NCBI RefSeq assembly: GCF_009914755.1
Contig: NC_060936.1
Direction: 5' to 3' (one strand)
DNA length: 64,000 nt
From: the human T2T-CHM13v2.0 reference genome, Homo sapiens
Both the position numbers and the translations under genes were made by a program. Shown piece after piece: positions 45,603 through 60,914 of this stretch. Every line of letters starts with the position of its first letter. The first letter of the stretch is position 1. The notes beneath the pieces are model-generated. The model was not told the DNA's origin. It ran no database searches and saw only the letters and a program-made list of their open reading frames with translations.

Positions 45603-45704
45603 ATGAAAATGAAATTAGATATTTGCTTTGTGAACTTTCCATTTAAAAATTTTAAATGAAAAAAATTGAAAGTTCACAAAGTAAATGTCTAATTTCATTT
45701 TCAT
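45603..45704. repeat. 37-bp inverted repeat with 28-nt spacer
   Basis: atgaaaatgaaattagatatttgctttgtgaactttc versus gaaagttcacaaagtaaatgtctaatttcattttcat: 35/37 Watson-Crick pairs. Confidence 0.95.
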
Positions 45705-46865
45705 TTTTACCTTAAACCTTTAATGTTTTTAATATTTATCTGCTTCCTGGAGAAGTGTAGACAGATAACTCGTGGAGACCAGTTTTCTGGGCTGTTGAGT
45801 GATGCTGACTCCCAAAGGGTCCATTGTTGTTGTGAGGGTTGCCGTCATTGTTAATGAATGCTTATTGAACACATGCTGCGTGTGCAATATCTGATTGGCA
45901 CTGGAAACATAGAGATGAGTCAAATATCACATCTGCCTCAGGGATTACAGCCTTGTGGTCCTTAACAGCGACTTGGCGATGTAAAGGAGGCGTGTTGAGA
46001 TGGAAACGAGGTCATAACAAGACCTTCGTGATGAACTTGGTGAATTCCAGACTGATAGAAAATCATGTAGATAAATAAATGAGGAATGAACATTCAAATG
46101 CATTTTGTACATGTTTAATATTAAAATAGTATCCATAGTTGATATAATTGTTAGTATATGGTTAATAATAAATAATAAATACAGTTCTTCTCACTTGTGA
46201 AAACCCTGTAGCACCTCCACAGAGCCCTAGAGTTTCTCAAGACAGAGCGAGAAACCTCTGGCTTAGATGCCTTTGAGGACTGGACCATCTCTGATACTCT
46301 GTACAACTGATGGGTTATTCTGTGAAAAGTGTCGTTTGGAATATTGCATCTTATTACAGAAGCCATGATCTTTAGGATCTCTAGGGATCCTGGAAGGGAG
46401 TGATAAAGTTACAGAATGTAAATATAGGGGAAAGTTCCTTTCAGCTATAGTCAAGATAGCAGTTGTGTCACCACTGGAGACTGAGCAAGGGTTCTGCAGT
46501 CAGGTAAACCTTAGGCAAGTCACTTGCTTTGGCATCCCCATGTGGATACTGGAGCTAATACCCGAGAAAGGTAATGTCCTTTGTATGTGGCTGGTGCTCA
46601 GCACTTGTTAGGTGCCTCCTTCACCTCCGGTCCCCCAGCTTTGGGGTCAGGTTGGAGTTCATCAGGCAAAGCCTGGGAGAGAGCAGTCCAAGCAGAGGCA
46701 GCAGGGCCTGTGGAAGGGGGTTCCATCGGCTGGAAGCAGCACCAGGTATATTCAGGCCTGCAGGAGCACCAGCAGCCCTGGGCTGCTGCAGGAGCCCTGC
46801 TGAAACCATACCTGTAGGTATAGCGGCCCATGCTGCTTCACAGGATTCACTTTCCCAAGAATTGT

Positions 46866-47248
<383 letters not shown>

Positions 47249-48937
47249 TAATGCAATAAGCTAATGTGAATGCTGTCACTTCATATGAAACCCTTCAAGA
47301 TGCGAAGCCTTATTGGAGAGGGCTGGCACCAAGTCTTAAATGTCTTTTGTCTTTATTCACACTTGCCTAGTTCCTGTATGCCAATAACATCTGTACCATT
47401 TTCTAATTTTTAAAGGAATTATTCAGTCTTCTTGAGACTCTTAAGTTTACAGAACCATTTAGATTGAAGAATATCATGTTCATTGCCTTTCTTGTCTTTT
47501 GGCTTTCAAATTAAGCTTAGAATGTTATTTAGAGGCTGGTTTTTCTTCCCTGATGGTTTATGTGGAATTGCCTTCCTGGTTTACCATCCTATACCATGGA
47601 AGAGAATGAACTTAGCGCTAACTCCATTTATTTCACCTTCACAGATGTGTATGGCTTTGGTTTGTTTGTGCCAAATAAGCCTGGGAGTAAACACTGCCCA
47701 GGCATTGTTAGTGTTAAAAATCAGCTCGTTCTCCAGTTCATGGGGAGCTAAGGGAGCCCTATTAGAAATGTTTGCCTTTGTTCAGAGGTGAAAACACGAA
47801 AACACTAGTGCTGCAGAAGAGGCTGTGTGCTTCCCCTGCATGTCCAGACAGTTGAGACTGATGCTGGTTTGGGGCAGAGTAGGAGCAAGAGGGCACTCAG
47901 CAAATGGCCTATGTGAGTTGAATTTCTGAATATTTAAAACATTTTACTGTTTTCAAAATACACATCGCAGCTTAGACTCACAAAATATTACCAAGTAGAG
48001 AACTTTCACTTTTTATTCAGTACATAGATGACTATGATTTATTAATTTCCTCCGCACTTCAGTCTTCTATAGGGCACTGTGTTAGAGAGTGGGTTTGTAA
48101 TTAACTTATCAATTATTGAGTTGCAGGTGAATCCTTCTAATGGACGCAAAGTTACTCTTTAAAGCATTCCCTCGATGTGTTATTAATTTACAGGGTAAAT
48201 CCCCTTTGTAGAGAGCAAAGGAAAACTCCTGCTCAGCCCACATCTGAGCGGTCGCATCCCAAACTAAGGGACTCAGGAAGAGCCATGAGGCTGAAGGTGC
48301 ATTAAAATGAGGAAGTGGGCTGTGTCCAGAGAGCTGCTCTGCTGGACCTGGCTTCCAGCCTTAGCTTGCCTCTGCTGCAGGAGAACTGTGCCAGGGACGT
48401 GGGATGACCGACTGGCCCCAAACTGAATTCCTCATCCAGATTTCTTTGGGTCTTTGCAGGGTTAGGCCATCTGGCCCGGGTGGCTTCTTTGCACTCTGCT
48501 GTTTGCTTGGGTTTGAACTCTTACTGTGATCTCATGATCACAAGTTTTAAAAGTATGTTGAAAATGACATGAAAATAATCCCTCCCCGAGCGCATTTCCC
48601 CTTCCTGGCTCGCCCCTGCCCTTTCCCCACCTTTATACTCTTGTGGCACCTGTCCACCTGTCAGTGCCCCTCCTCACGGTCCACTTCAGGTTTTCTCAGA
48701 GCACTAGCTGCGTGGCGAGGAGCATGGGTAAGGCCCCGGTGCCCATCTTCAGCCTGGCCTTCTAGACTGTGGGGAGTCAGGCCCCATCTTAGCTCCTAGC
48801 TCTCTAGTCCTGTGCTTCCAGAATGAGACCCCTGCTCCAGCCAGGCCAGCGCCATCCTCAATGTGCCACATTCATTCCTGACCGGGGACTGGCACTAGCA
48901 TCCCCTCTTCCTCTCCTGTCTTGCCATGTCCTTTTGA

Positions 48938-49336
<399 letters not shown>

Positions 49337-49491
49337 TGCATCTCATATTTTCATACCGGCACCGCCCAGCACTATTGCCTCCCCAGATTGGCAGCAATTT
49401 GGAAGCAGGAAGTAAGCATTGATAGCTGAGTAATACTTACCACTGTCATGGCTGAAGTTCTTCGTTAGCCTGAAAGGCAGTATAGGTAGAG

Positions 49492-49679
49492 CACAGGGGT
49501 TCTCACATGCCAGCATGCATCAGAATCTACAGGAGACCTGATGAAAACACTGAGCACTGGCCCCACCCCCGGAGCTTCCCACTCAGTGGGTCGAGGGTGG
49601 GGCCTGAGAATTTGCATGTCTAACAAGTGCCCAGAGCAGCGGAGGCTGCTAGTCCTGGGACCACACTTTGAGCACCCTG
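49492..49679 (+). mobile_element. MER5A inserted into a MIR (about 49475-49900)
   Basis: caggggttctca...gggcctgagaatttgcatgtctaacaag...ccacactttgagcaccctg; near-8-bp TSD (a/g)ggtagag; MIR core continues downstream. Confidence 0.8.
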
Positions 49680-52559
49680 GGGTAGAGGTTTAAAGAGTAT
49701 GAGCTTTGATACCACCCACCCAGGTTTGAATCCTGGTGCCAAAACTTCCTAACTGGGCAAGAGGTTTGAGCTCCTTAGGGCCCCATATTCTCCTGTGTAA
49801 AGGGAGTAAAATCATGGTACCTATCTTACAGCACTGTGGAGGTCAGGTGAGATAACGCATCATAGCAGTGTTTTGCATGTAAGAGAATATTATAAATATT
49901 AGCTGTTATTAATAACTATTTTGGTAGGACAGGAAAGACATTGTGATATGGTCACAAAGTGGCGCAGGAATGACACGAGCTGCGCTCCACCTAGTGCCAC
50001 CTCAGCTCCTTTTGTTGCCCATGTAATTTGGGGCAAGCTACTTAAAATTATTTAAGCCTCAGTTTCTTGATGCACAAAATGTAGGCAGTAGTATTTGTCT
50101 TCTCTCCCTCTTGGTGGTTGTGAGATTCAAATGGAAGGATATTCCGAAGGAATTTGTGTGAAAGGCATGTCCTGGGTATTACAAAGAGCTCATACGTGTA
50201 GTGTTTGTTTATGTGCAAAATGCTGCTAAGCATGTCTCTGCCAATACCTCATGCACCATGTAGAGTGAGTAGAGGCCGTTATGCCTTAGGGAGCTGGGGG
50301 GAGCCCCTGGGTGGACCTGCTGCCCTCCACCAAAGGCCCTGATTATTCGCTGCGGCTTCCCAGTCTCCCCCTGGGGCTATTTGTTTCAGTGATCTGATTT
50401 TAGCTGCCTGCCTGCCCTCTTCTAGAAGCTTTTGTCCAGTCTAACTTTGGGCCAAACTAGAAGTTGCCAGGCTAGTCAAAAGAAAATCGATAACCAAGCT
50501 AGTGTAATATACTGAATTTCATGTGCAATGTTCACTAAGTCCTGTCGGCATACAGATACTTGTACATTATGAGCATCTCATGGTAACCTTTTCATTTTCA
50601 AAATAGTATGCAAGTTGCCTTTAATTTTAAAGAGTTCACTTCATAGTTTGCAGCCTCAGTTTTCACTCCGTAAGATAGATATTATAACCTTCTCTTGGTG
50701 ATTATTTCCGTGTGTCAGTGTTCCTGGCATTTTGACACTGCCCATGCTCTCTGTGGGGATGAGGCCTGTTGGGAGCATGAAGGAGGGTGTAAGGATTTTC
50801 AGCTCCCAGTCAGTCATACATTTGCACGATGGTTATCATCTCTTCGCTGGACTCACTGCTCTGACATGAATATTCCCTGTTTGTGTTATGTGAGCATTAA
50901 CCAGGTCTTCATGATCACATTTCTTACCCTTACACCAGCACTGAGACAAAAATGATCCCAAAGCAAAGAGAGAACCATATTCTGCTCACTCCACAAAGTA
51001 GGCCTGGCCTTCCTTTATTATTCCCAGCACCTACGGACGTGCTGAGAGAGAGAGATTGGCCGGTTTGGATGGTTTTTGCCTGGATTTGTACCCGAGTGTA
51101 CTCTTGCTCTGTGGGTTCCTTTCAGGCTTAGGTCACAATAGGTGTTGGTTTGGCCTCACTCCGGTCCTTTGTAGACATCTGCCCACATCACAAAGCCCCC
51201 ATGTTTGGCACAGCCCGCAGCAGTTGGCACTGCCTGCCCGGGAAGAGTCCAGTCCTGGAACAGCGGGGGTTGCAGGTGCATTGGCACGTGGTGGTGGGGA
51301 GCGCACACAGGCCTTGCCTACCCAGCGCCTGGCGACGCTCAGCAACACCGTCCCATCCCTGAAATATCTTGGCCTCGTGGGCTTGTCACTCCAATTAAAA
51401 CTTAAACATGAAAGCGGCTCAGGCTGCTTCTCCCTTTGTGCTGAATTTGAGCATGGACGGTGCCAGAAGCATGTCGTGGAGACTGTTAAGGGGTGCCATG
51501 TTGCAGGGAACGTTGAGGGGGTCAGGGATCCATTTCTTCAAGATTTGCATCTTGCCGGTTGCTGCTGCGAAGTGCACCTGAAAGGCAAGCTTCTGTTTGC
51601 CAACAGAAAGTCACCTTTGGGATGGTGGTGAAAGTCATTTTCCACATGTTCACAGATACGGCCGTGTTACCAAGCCTCACGCTATGACTTATCTCTGGCA
51701 AGGACTTACAAAATAGTCTCTCTGGCTGATTGTCAAAAATTACATCATATCGGAGTAAACTGCTTTTAAATCAGACATCCATTATTCATGTATATTAACT
51801 GCATTTTTATTTTTTTATTGGCTGTTTTGTGTATGATTTACTCTTTTGTCACTGGCTCCCCCTCTCCCCAGTTGTCTATCTTTCTCATCCCTGTTTTTTT
51901 AAAGTCTTAGCTCATCTGTGAATTTATAGAGACTGTTCACCTAGCTTTGTGCATGAACGTTGATAGGCACACCTTGCATTTTTGTAGTTCAATTCCACGT
52001 TTCTGTGGATCTTACTTTTGTTGGGTCAGAATAGCAATGTGGGTCGTTTATGTGAGTAAATTCTACCATGAAGATGTATAGGACTTTTTCTTTTGTATCT
52101 TTTGTTTTTTAAAAAGGAGCATCACTAGTCTTGTATGTGAAGATCTGTACTGAATAAAAGTGTACCTGGCACTTAGCAAACAGCTGTATACATTGCAGTT
52201 GGTGGACAGCAAATCGACTTTGTGTGTTCATTTGTATGCGTGAAGCCTGTCTTTACTGTAAGGCCAGCATAGCAGTCGCCTGTAAGGGGTAGATACACGC
52301 AGACATGTACAGTGTGTATTCATCTGCTCATTCTTTCATCACCTGTATACTGAGCCCCTCCTATGTGCCAAACACTGCACAGGTATCCAAAGGAGCTTCT
52401 GTTCCTTCCAGACAGTGCGGGGGGCGCACCCTGGGCATCTGGCATCTTCCATGGTTATGGTACTTTTTCCTGATTCATGGCATTTGACTGGTTGGAATAA
52501 AGACTAGGTACAGATTATTCTATGTATTTAACCCCCAAATCAACATTGTTTTTGCAGAC

Positions 52560-54000
52560 AGCATCTGGATTCTTTTATGCTCATTACTTGAATCTTTGTT
52601 GACTATTTCTTCCAGCACCTCAGACCTTTTTTCTGGAATGATTTTCTGTCTCCCAAAAGTGCATTCTTTAGAAGTTTCTTTCATAAGGACTTGGTCACAA
52701 GTGTTTTCCGTGTTTCTTTCTTACAGCACCTTCATTTCATCCTTATCCTTGAAAGGTAGTTTTGCTAGTCTTTTACAGTTCTAGCTTGACAGTTATTTTT
52801 GCTCAGCCTTTGAGGATATGACTGGTTTTGCCTTCCACTGACACTACTGACGAGTTGGCTGTCAGTCTGTCATTCTCTTTTAGGACTTTCTCTCCTTTTG
52901 ACTGCTTTTAAGATCTTCTCCTTGTCTTTAATTTTCTGTGGTTTCATGCCAATGTCTCTTTGTATGTCTGGGATTTATTTATTTATTTTTATACTGTCTG
53001 GGATTTCTTGTGTGTCCCTCCTTTCAGTTGTAGAGAATTCTTGGCCCTTATCTTACTGGAAATGTATCGCGATGCTCTGCGTGGAGCTCAGGGGAGGTGT
53101 GCATGAAGGCAGCTTCTCCCCTCCTCCGTGCTGCTCACTGCCCATTCAGATTTCCCATCTCTCTGTCTGTTGCATTCCGCCCAATTCCTCAACTCGGTAT
53201 TCCAGTCCACAGTTTCTCTCTCGGACTTATTTCTTGCTTATCTCATCCATTGACTTTTTAATTTCTAGAAATTCTCTGCTTTATTTTTCAAATCTGCTTA
53301 ATCCGATTTCCTACTTTTTATCCTCTCCCTCTTTTATCTGTAAACATTTTCAGCATGCTTATTTTGTATTCTTTATTTGATCTTGCCTGGAAGTCTAATT
53401 CTCCTTGTTTTTCTGTCTCACATATGATATATCACTTCTTGCTGTATTTGGATTTTTTAAATTGTGAGCTAATACTCAGTTGATCTTGATTTGTAGGTTT
53501 CTTAAAGGGGCCTGAGTTGAAATTGTTTCCCTCCTGAGAAGATTCTGCCAAGGTACTGGGAGGTATGTTACCAACCCGAAAATACTTTATTAGGCTTGGA
53601 TTCTTTTAGCCTTGCAGGTGGTGTAAACTCAAACCCAGAACTTGTGTGGGGGCAGACATGTGACTTCAGACTGTTTTCCACCCCGAACTGAACCTGAGGC
53701 AGACACGTTTCTGGGTAAGCTCTCTGCACCAATAGATACTTTCCCCATCTTGCTTGCTTTTTACTGAATGTATGTAGCCCTGCAGGGACCCAACTGTAGG
53801 TTCTACTTCATGCTGGGCAGATGCTTGGTCTCCTGTTTCCCCAGCTCTCCTGTTTCCCCAGCTCTCCAGGCTCCTGACACTGGAGGGAGGGTCCAAACTA
53901 GCCCCTGGCTTGAATGCTCTCTTAACTTCCTGGGTTTCGTGCTCTCTTCATCTGGGTTTCATGCTGTCTCCATTTTGGGCTCCTGTGAATTTCTCTGATT
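52560..54000 (-). mobile_element. Ancient L1/HAL1-like 5' and ORF1 region, degraded
   Basis: atttcatccttatccttgaaaggtagttttgct and ctgcttttaagatcttctccttgtcttt resemble antisense ORF1. Confidence 0.55.
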
Positions 54001-57000
54001 GCTTATTAAACAGAATGTCTGAAGGACTGTTTGATGATAGGCTGAGTCTTATCCAGCATGGTCACTGTTTGTAAATGGCAAGGTTTTCCAGACATTCTTG
54101 TCTGCCATGTTGTCAGAGGTGGGACTGTCGGACTGGATGTAGTTGGGGCACTCTGGCATCTGAATAGTATGAAGAGATCTCTGTGGAACCATCTTCTGTT
54201 TTGGGTAGGATGGAGCAGTTCCTTTGTACATACCAGCAGCAAGATCCAGGAGTGGAGGAAGGTGTTAAAGCACTAAAAGCAACATCTGAGTATCTTTGGG
54301 GTCTGAGACTATAGGAAGCTCTGGATTTGCCTGGCATCGTGTACCAATCAGTGAGCCTCCAAACACAAATGCAGGCACTTAGTGAGATGCGGGAATGTGT
54401 AACTGACACTGTACCTGGCATGTACTGCCCTTTAATAATTGCCACATGAATGAATGAATGATAGGATCTCTGTCCCCAGGAACCTTAGAGTTAGGAACCT
54501 TAGAGTTGAAACCTAGGAGAGTGTTACAACGTGTAGTGTGATGCGGTGTGGTGCTTGGTAATAGTGCTGCAGAGCCTCCCCTGACCTGCTGGAGTCACCG
54601 CCTCCTCCCCTCCAGTATCTGAGAACCACAGATCTGGGGAAGAGCCGGAAGAAGATAAGACACAGGTCAGGGTGACCTTGTCGAAACACCACGTGATGCG
54701 TGCAGACAGCAAGGACTGTCAGCACTGACCAGGGGAATGGGCACTATGTGCCAAGGACATCATGGAGAAGAGAGCACAAAGGCAGCTGGAGTGGACGGAA
54801 AAGAAGAGAGCAGGCGGTTTAACTGCCTCACTGCCCAGCATCTGGCCTCTGATCACAACTTCCCTGTTCAGAAGAGCCAAGAGCCACATATGTGAGGCAG
54901 GTTACTAGGGATCAGAAAAGAAAGTGGGTAGATGGTATCATCTTCAGGAAGTGTAGTCACATCTTCCTCTCGTGCCTCTTCTCTTATACTCCACTCAGCC
55001 CAGCACAGCACCTCCTAACCTTTGGCTCTCTTTGCCACTGCCCTTTTTTAAATGGCGGCCAACAAATCATCTTCAATTGAAAAAGCTTTTAAAATGCTAT
55101 TGTCTTGTAAGGAAGCCTTCCGACTCCTCCTGGGCTCTCTGGACAGACAGTGCTGGGCTTCTGGGGAGCTGAGCCAGCTGCTGGGGTGGCTTAATGCCTG
55201 GTGGTGGTTTAATGCCTGTAGCAGGTATTTGAGTATGAAGACTCAGTATTTTGGTAAAATTAAAACACAGAGTTCCTTTCCTCATTCATCAGTATAGGAC
55301 CAAAATTCTGAGAGGGTAAGGCTCTATCATCTCTTCACAGTGATTTCAGTATGCAAGTGGTTCATGATTAATTATGAGGGTGATAGCCCCCAATTTAGGA
55401 AGAGCTTGCAGTGTTAATCCATTTCTTACTGGGTGAAGGAAGAAGTTGGTCTGCCTTGAGCTCACCCCGCCTCCCACCCCCACAGGGACAAGAGCCATCT
55501 CTCAGCTCTTTCCTTCACAGTTTGCCTGGAAAGCCAGTCCAGGCCACACCTGGATGCTGCGGGGCCCGCCTGCCCACGGCGGTGGCTGATGCCTCCCAGT
55601 TGTTGGGCCTGTAGCTGGTGTCTCCTTCCTGACTCTGGACCACCGCCCCTGCTGCTTAGGACACCAGCTGCCAGGACATGGCTAGAAGATGATCGGTGGG
55701 TCTCCTCAGAGAGGCAGGCCCCGTCTATGGAGGAGCAGGACAGCTGACGGTCAGGCCCCAGCTGGGGAAGAGGTGGGCTCTGTCAGCTGGCAGCAGGCTG
55801 GGACTTCTGCATGTCACCCAGCGTCCCTGCACGTTCATTCCAGTGCCTAGAAGATGATTGATAAATATCTGTTGGCCAGCTCTTGAATGAATCACAGCAT
55901 TATTTATTTTATCTAAAAATTATAAACAATCCATATGGAGTTGTGTATCCACAGAGAAATTCTACACAACCATTAAAAAGAACAAGATCTATCTATAGGT
56001 ATTGACACGTAGGGAAAAGGAGTTGTGAAATAATCCCATTTAGGAAAAAAATGTGTATACACACAGAGGCAGATGTGCAGAAGAAAAGTCAAAGTATATA
56101 TATCAAACTGTTAAAAGTGGTGATTTGTGAGAGATGAATATACAGAGGGCTACCACTTCCTTTATAGAATTCTATTATGTTAGAATTTGTTGTAAGATGT
56201 ATCATATTTGAAATCAGAAAAAGATTTTTAGAAATAGATTTCAGATACATCAGAATCATTGACAAAATTGCAAGTTAAGATTCTAAGACCAGGATTTATG
56301 GAAATACTTTAAGATCTCTAAGAAAAAAAAAAACAGATGAATAGAGAACTTTCTGCTAGAGTTCTTTTTAAAGATAGTGCTTGCTTTTCCCCCATTGCCT
56401 TCTAGGTCTACCTGCAAGCCAAAGAGGAGGAAAAATTCTTCTCTGTGTCATGCATTTCCTATAGTTACCATTGTAAAACACACAACCAGCCTCAACATGG
56501 TTTAGCTGTTTTAGCTAATTCTTACAGAAACATCTATTGCCTGCAAAAATTTGCTCTGTAATTACTGTTCAAGTGCTTCTCTAATATATACCTGGTACTT
56601 AAAAGGAACCATCCTCAACATCATCTTTGGCAGCTGCATTAGTGCAGAATATTTTCTCCGGGATTTGTGCTGGGGTAGGTTTTTCCAGCATATCTGTACA
56701 CCTCTGAGAATGAGTCAAGTGGTCATGGGTTGAGACTCACCCAACTAGGGCAATAAAGAGAAAAATTAGTCTAATGCATGGTCTTAACAAGAGGGAGAGT
56801 GTGAGCATGAATAATTAATCTCACTAGTCTATGGCAATCAGATAAAATGAAGTCCCATTTGCTCAACCTTATTAAAAGAGAGAGAGTGCGTGGGAGGGAG
56901 GGAGAAATGGTAAAGGTCGTTAAGGGACTCGTAACGTGGAAAGAACTGCCTTTGAGATGGGTAATGTGTTTTCTAATCTCTGTGGTCTTTAACTAAACGT

Positions 57001-57879
57001 CATGGTAAAGGTACTCTTCAGATAGTTCGGATTCGTTTGAATTATTAAACATTTTAGAAAATACTGGACTCTGGACTACTAACTTAGATGTCTTTATGAT
57101 GAATTTGCAGAGAGTCTTTTTGGAAAGGGATTACATCTCACTATATCACTAAGAAATAATTTATCCACTTGTCAAAAAAGAACAACTGGAAGACATAAAG
57201 ACACATGGACCTACTCAGTATCAGATTTCAGTTCTTAGATTTACCATCAACATTCTACCGACTTAAAGGCCTTACCTTCCTGCTGCAGAAGTTGGAGTAT
57301 TTTAAAAACAAGAGAACACTTGAAAGTGGATGCAGAATACTACTTTTATAATAGAACGTGAGGTTGCTCTTTTTATTTTCTCCCTCCAGGTGCCGATTTT
57401 ATATAATTTTTAGGTTATTCTCTGATGATAAGAGATTTGGTTATTTCTATATACTTACTTGGAAGAATAAATTTACTCTTGATATTTTAAAATTGTTGAA
57501 ATGTTCTGCGTCAGAAATTTTTCTTTTCAACTGCAATTGTTCTCTGTAGTCTTTATGGATTAAGAGGGCATTTTAAATTTTGAAATTGTCCTTCTTCCTT
57601 CCAGATGCTGTTAGCAATAGTTAATATTATAGTGTTGTTTTGACCATTAGAAACTTCCAAAGAAAGATTCACTTGTTAGAAATGTATGTTGACAGGATTG
57701 ATTATTTTCAAGGTAGAGAATATTTAATTTATTATTAACTTCTCAATACTAAAGTAAAAATCTGTATCGTGGTAAGTGATAAATGTATAGGCTGACAAGA
57801 AGAAACGCACATCACTCTCATGTGTGTGCTGAGAGGAGAAATCTTTCTACAAAATACTACTATTAAAACCTTTGGCTGA

Positions 57880-58477
<598 letters not shown>

Positions 58478-59383
58478 CTTCTGAGTTCATTAATTTAAAA
58501 ATGTCAACCACATGATCTCCAGGATAGAAAGTATGCTCAGAACTTGGTGTGTTTGTGTGTGTGTTAATGAGGAGCCTTCTGAATGTGAATTTGAGGCAAG
58601 GACTCTGTCCTCAGCACCTACGACAGTGACTGACACATAGGAAGCATTTAATGTTCTTTGAATTAAGTTGAATTGAATTAATACTTTTTAAGCAAAAAAC
58701 GTAAATTTCCCCCTGCTGGAGAGAAGACACAGAGGTGTTCTAATATAACAGTGCATTGTCTGGAAATCAGGGGTACCTTCTTATTTACTTTCATACCCTA
58801 TGGAACACAGCATCCTAACATTAGCAAGCAGAGAGTGAAGAGAAAAGTGTTTGGGAGTGAGTTTGTGTTTTGGTTTATAGTTCAGTCCGAAGGAAGCATC
58901 CAGTGGCTATGCAAGCTTCATCTTCCTGGTCCTTGTACTATTCTTTCTTTTCCCGCCTGTGACGTAAATTCAGATGAGAACTCATGCTGGCTCATCTGCA
59001 AGCTTCCTGATGCTTTGCGAGCTTTCCCATTCATTCCAAATCAGAAGCAGTCAGTGGCCCCGTGGTTTCCAGACGGCTTTCTCTTTGTTAAGAAATTAGA
59101 ATACCTGATTTCCCTGCGTTTTCCTTGTGGCCTGAGTGTGCACCTTGGCTTGAGGAATTCGCTGGATTTCCTTCTCTCTTCCTTTGCATTTCTTTTTGGC
59201 ACTCTTAATAGCCATGTCCCTATACTATCAGTAACCTGAAAAAGATCAGGAAATTAAGTGGCAGAACATCTTCACGGGAGCTCAGTGATAAGGATCATGC
59301 CCTCCACGATGGTGAAATGAAAGTATTTGATGTCGGCCTGGTGTGTGGAATTGTGGGCCCACACATTTCTCTTCCTCTCTCAG

Positions 59384-59511
59384 ATCCTGGTGTATAGCCT
59401 GGAAGCAGGACGCCGCCTCTTGAAGCTGGGTAACGTTCTCCGTGACTTCACGTGTGTCAACCTCAGCGACAGCCCTCCCAACCTCATGGTCAGTGGCAAC
59501 ATGGACGGGAG
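59384..59511 (+). CDS. FBXW8: FBXW8 internal coding exon (probably exon 8), 128 nt
   Basis: Acceptor ttctcttcctctctcag| and donor GGGAG|gtacgt. Encodes ILVYSLEAGRRLLKLGNVLRDFTCVNLSDSPPNLMVSGNMDG(R). Confidence 0.96.
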
Positions 59512-60914
59512 GTACGTGAGTTGGAAGGGCATTGCCTTGCAGCCCCATGGCTTCTGCCAAGGCCCGGCCCCCACTGCGCTGCTCACACTGCCCGGTTCTC
59601 ACTCAACAGCTCTGCCCACCTGAGTTCAGCCCCGATCCCATAAACACTCTAGACTCAGAGAACAAAGTCCTGTATTAGGTAATAGTTGGATGTAGCTATG
59701 TCTCTGCTTCATTTCTGAAGCACCACGGGAAGGTTTTCTTTTAAGCCATTTGGTGGCCGCAGTTGGTAGAAGGTCCAGGGAGACCACTTGGAATATCTTT
59801 TGTCCCCTGCTGCAAAATTTGGCACTTGAAAGCTCACTTTCTAATATTAAAAACAGTAACCTAAGGGATGAATCATGTTCAGCAAAATAGGGTTTCCTGC
59901 CAAACGATGTCAAGAGTGTATTTCAGAACACGGTGGTGTCCCTCTGGTGATGGAAGGAAAGAGAGACTTCATGTGAACAGATTCCACTTTCTATTTAGCT
60001 GATTAGCAGCCTTCTCTTTAATGCACTGGCTTAGGGAGTCGGATTTTCCCGGTATAGGGGCCTGTGCCAGCCCCGGGCGCCCCAGGAACCATCAGCACAA
60101 AAGGATTAAAGTGTTTGAAAAGACCCTTTGAGTCCAAATTTTAGGTTTCTCCCCGCCTCTTCTTTCCTTGTTTTTTTCTTTTCCTTTTTTTTTTTTTTTG
60201 GCCAGTTATCTGCTGTGTCTGATCCAGTGCCCTGAAGAGAGGTAGCATGGCTGAGGGCCAGGGGCTGCTGGCGCCCCCTCCCCTGGGCCCGGCCCCGGGC
60301 TGCAGGTGGCGGGCTGCTCGGAGGCGGGTGTCAGATCGTGAGGCGGGTACTCCTCTGTGCCAGATCCCAGGCCTCTGTCCCGCCAGTGCAGCAGCTTGCA
60401 AAAATAGTTATTCTGTCAAATAATATTTTCACCTCCCAACCTTCACCCCTAGATACCCACCCCCAACTTAGAGCAAGGAAATGATGTGAGTATGCTTTAT
60501 TGGGAAGAAAAATAAGGCCTCCTAAAATGGCTGATGTTCCGGTGCTTGAGAACTGAACTCCTCAGTGTGTGTGTGGGGCACGCACTGGGCTAGTTCTCTT
60601 TAGAAACTAGGCTTGATAAGTGGCCCCACATGTGGCACGGCAAAAGAATCAAGTCAGTTTGTAGTTTTAATCCCGCATTTTAGTTTTCAGGTTGAGCTAT
60701 ACAGAGGCTCCAAGCTCCTCTCCTAGGATCTCCACACAGGGACCTGGCAGCTGCTTGGTTTTGAGGAGAGGCGATGTGGAGAGCTCTTTGGGATGGTGGA
60801 TGGTGCTCAGAGTTTGCTTGCAGTGTGAACATTTATATCTTCAGCCACAGTTAGGCTCACCGGAAACCAGAAGGGTGTTGTGGAGAAGAAACCTCTGTTT
60901 TCTGCATAATTTCA

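Noticed and set aside
51056-51631. Longest ORF in the track (191 aa), GC-rich region
   Set aside because: Non-ATG start, no recognisable domain, and no poly-A/TSD of a processed pseudogene on either strand; likely a chance ORF.
60268-60286. CTCF-like gcgccccctccctgg (also weak matches near 4922, 49984 and 58706)
   Set aside because: Each has spacing or core mismatches to the CTCF consensus; unsupported without ChIP data.
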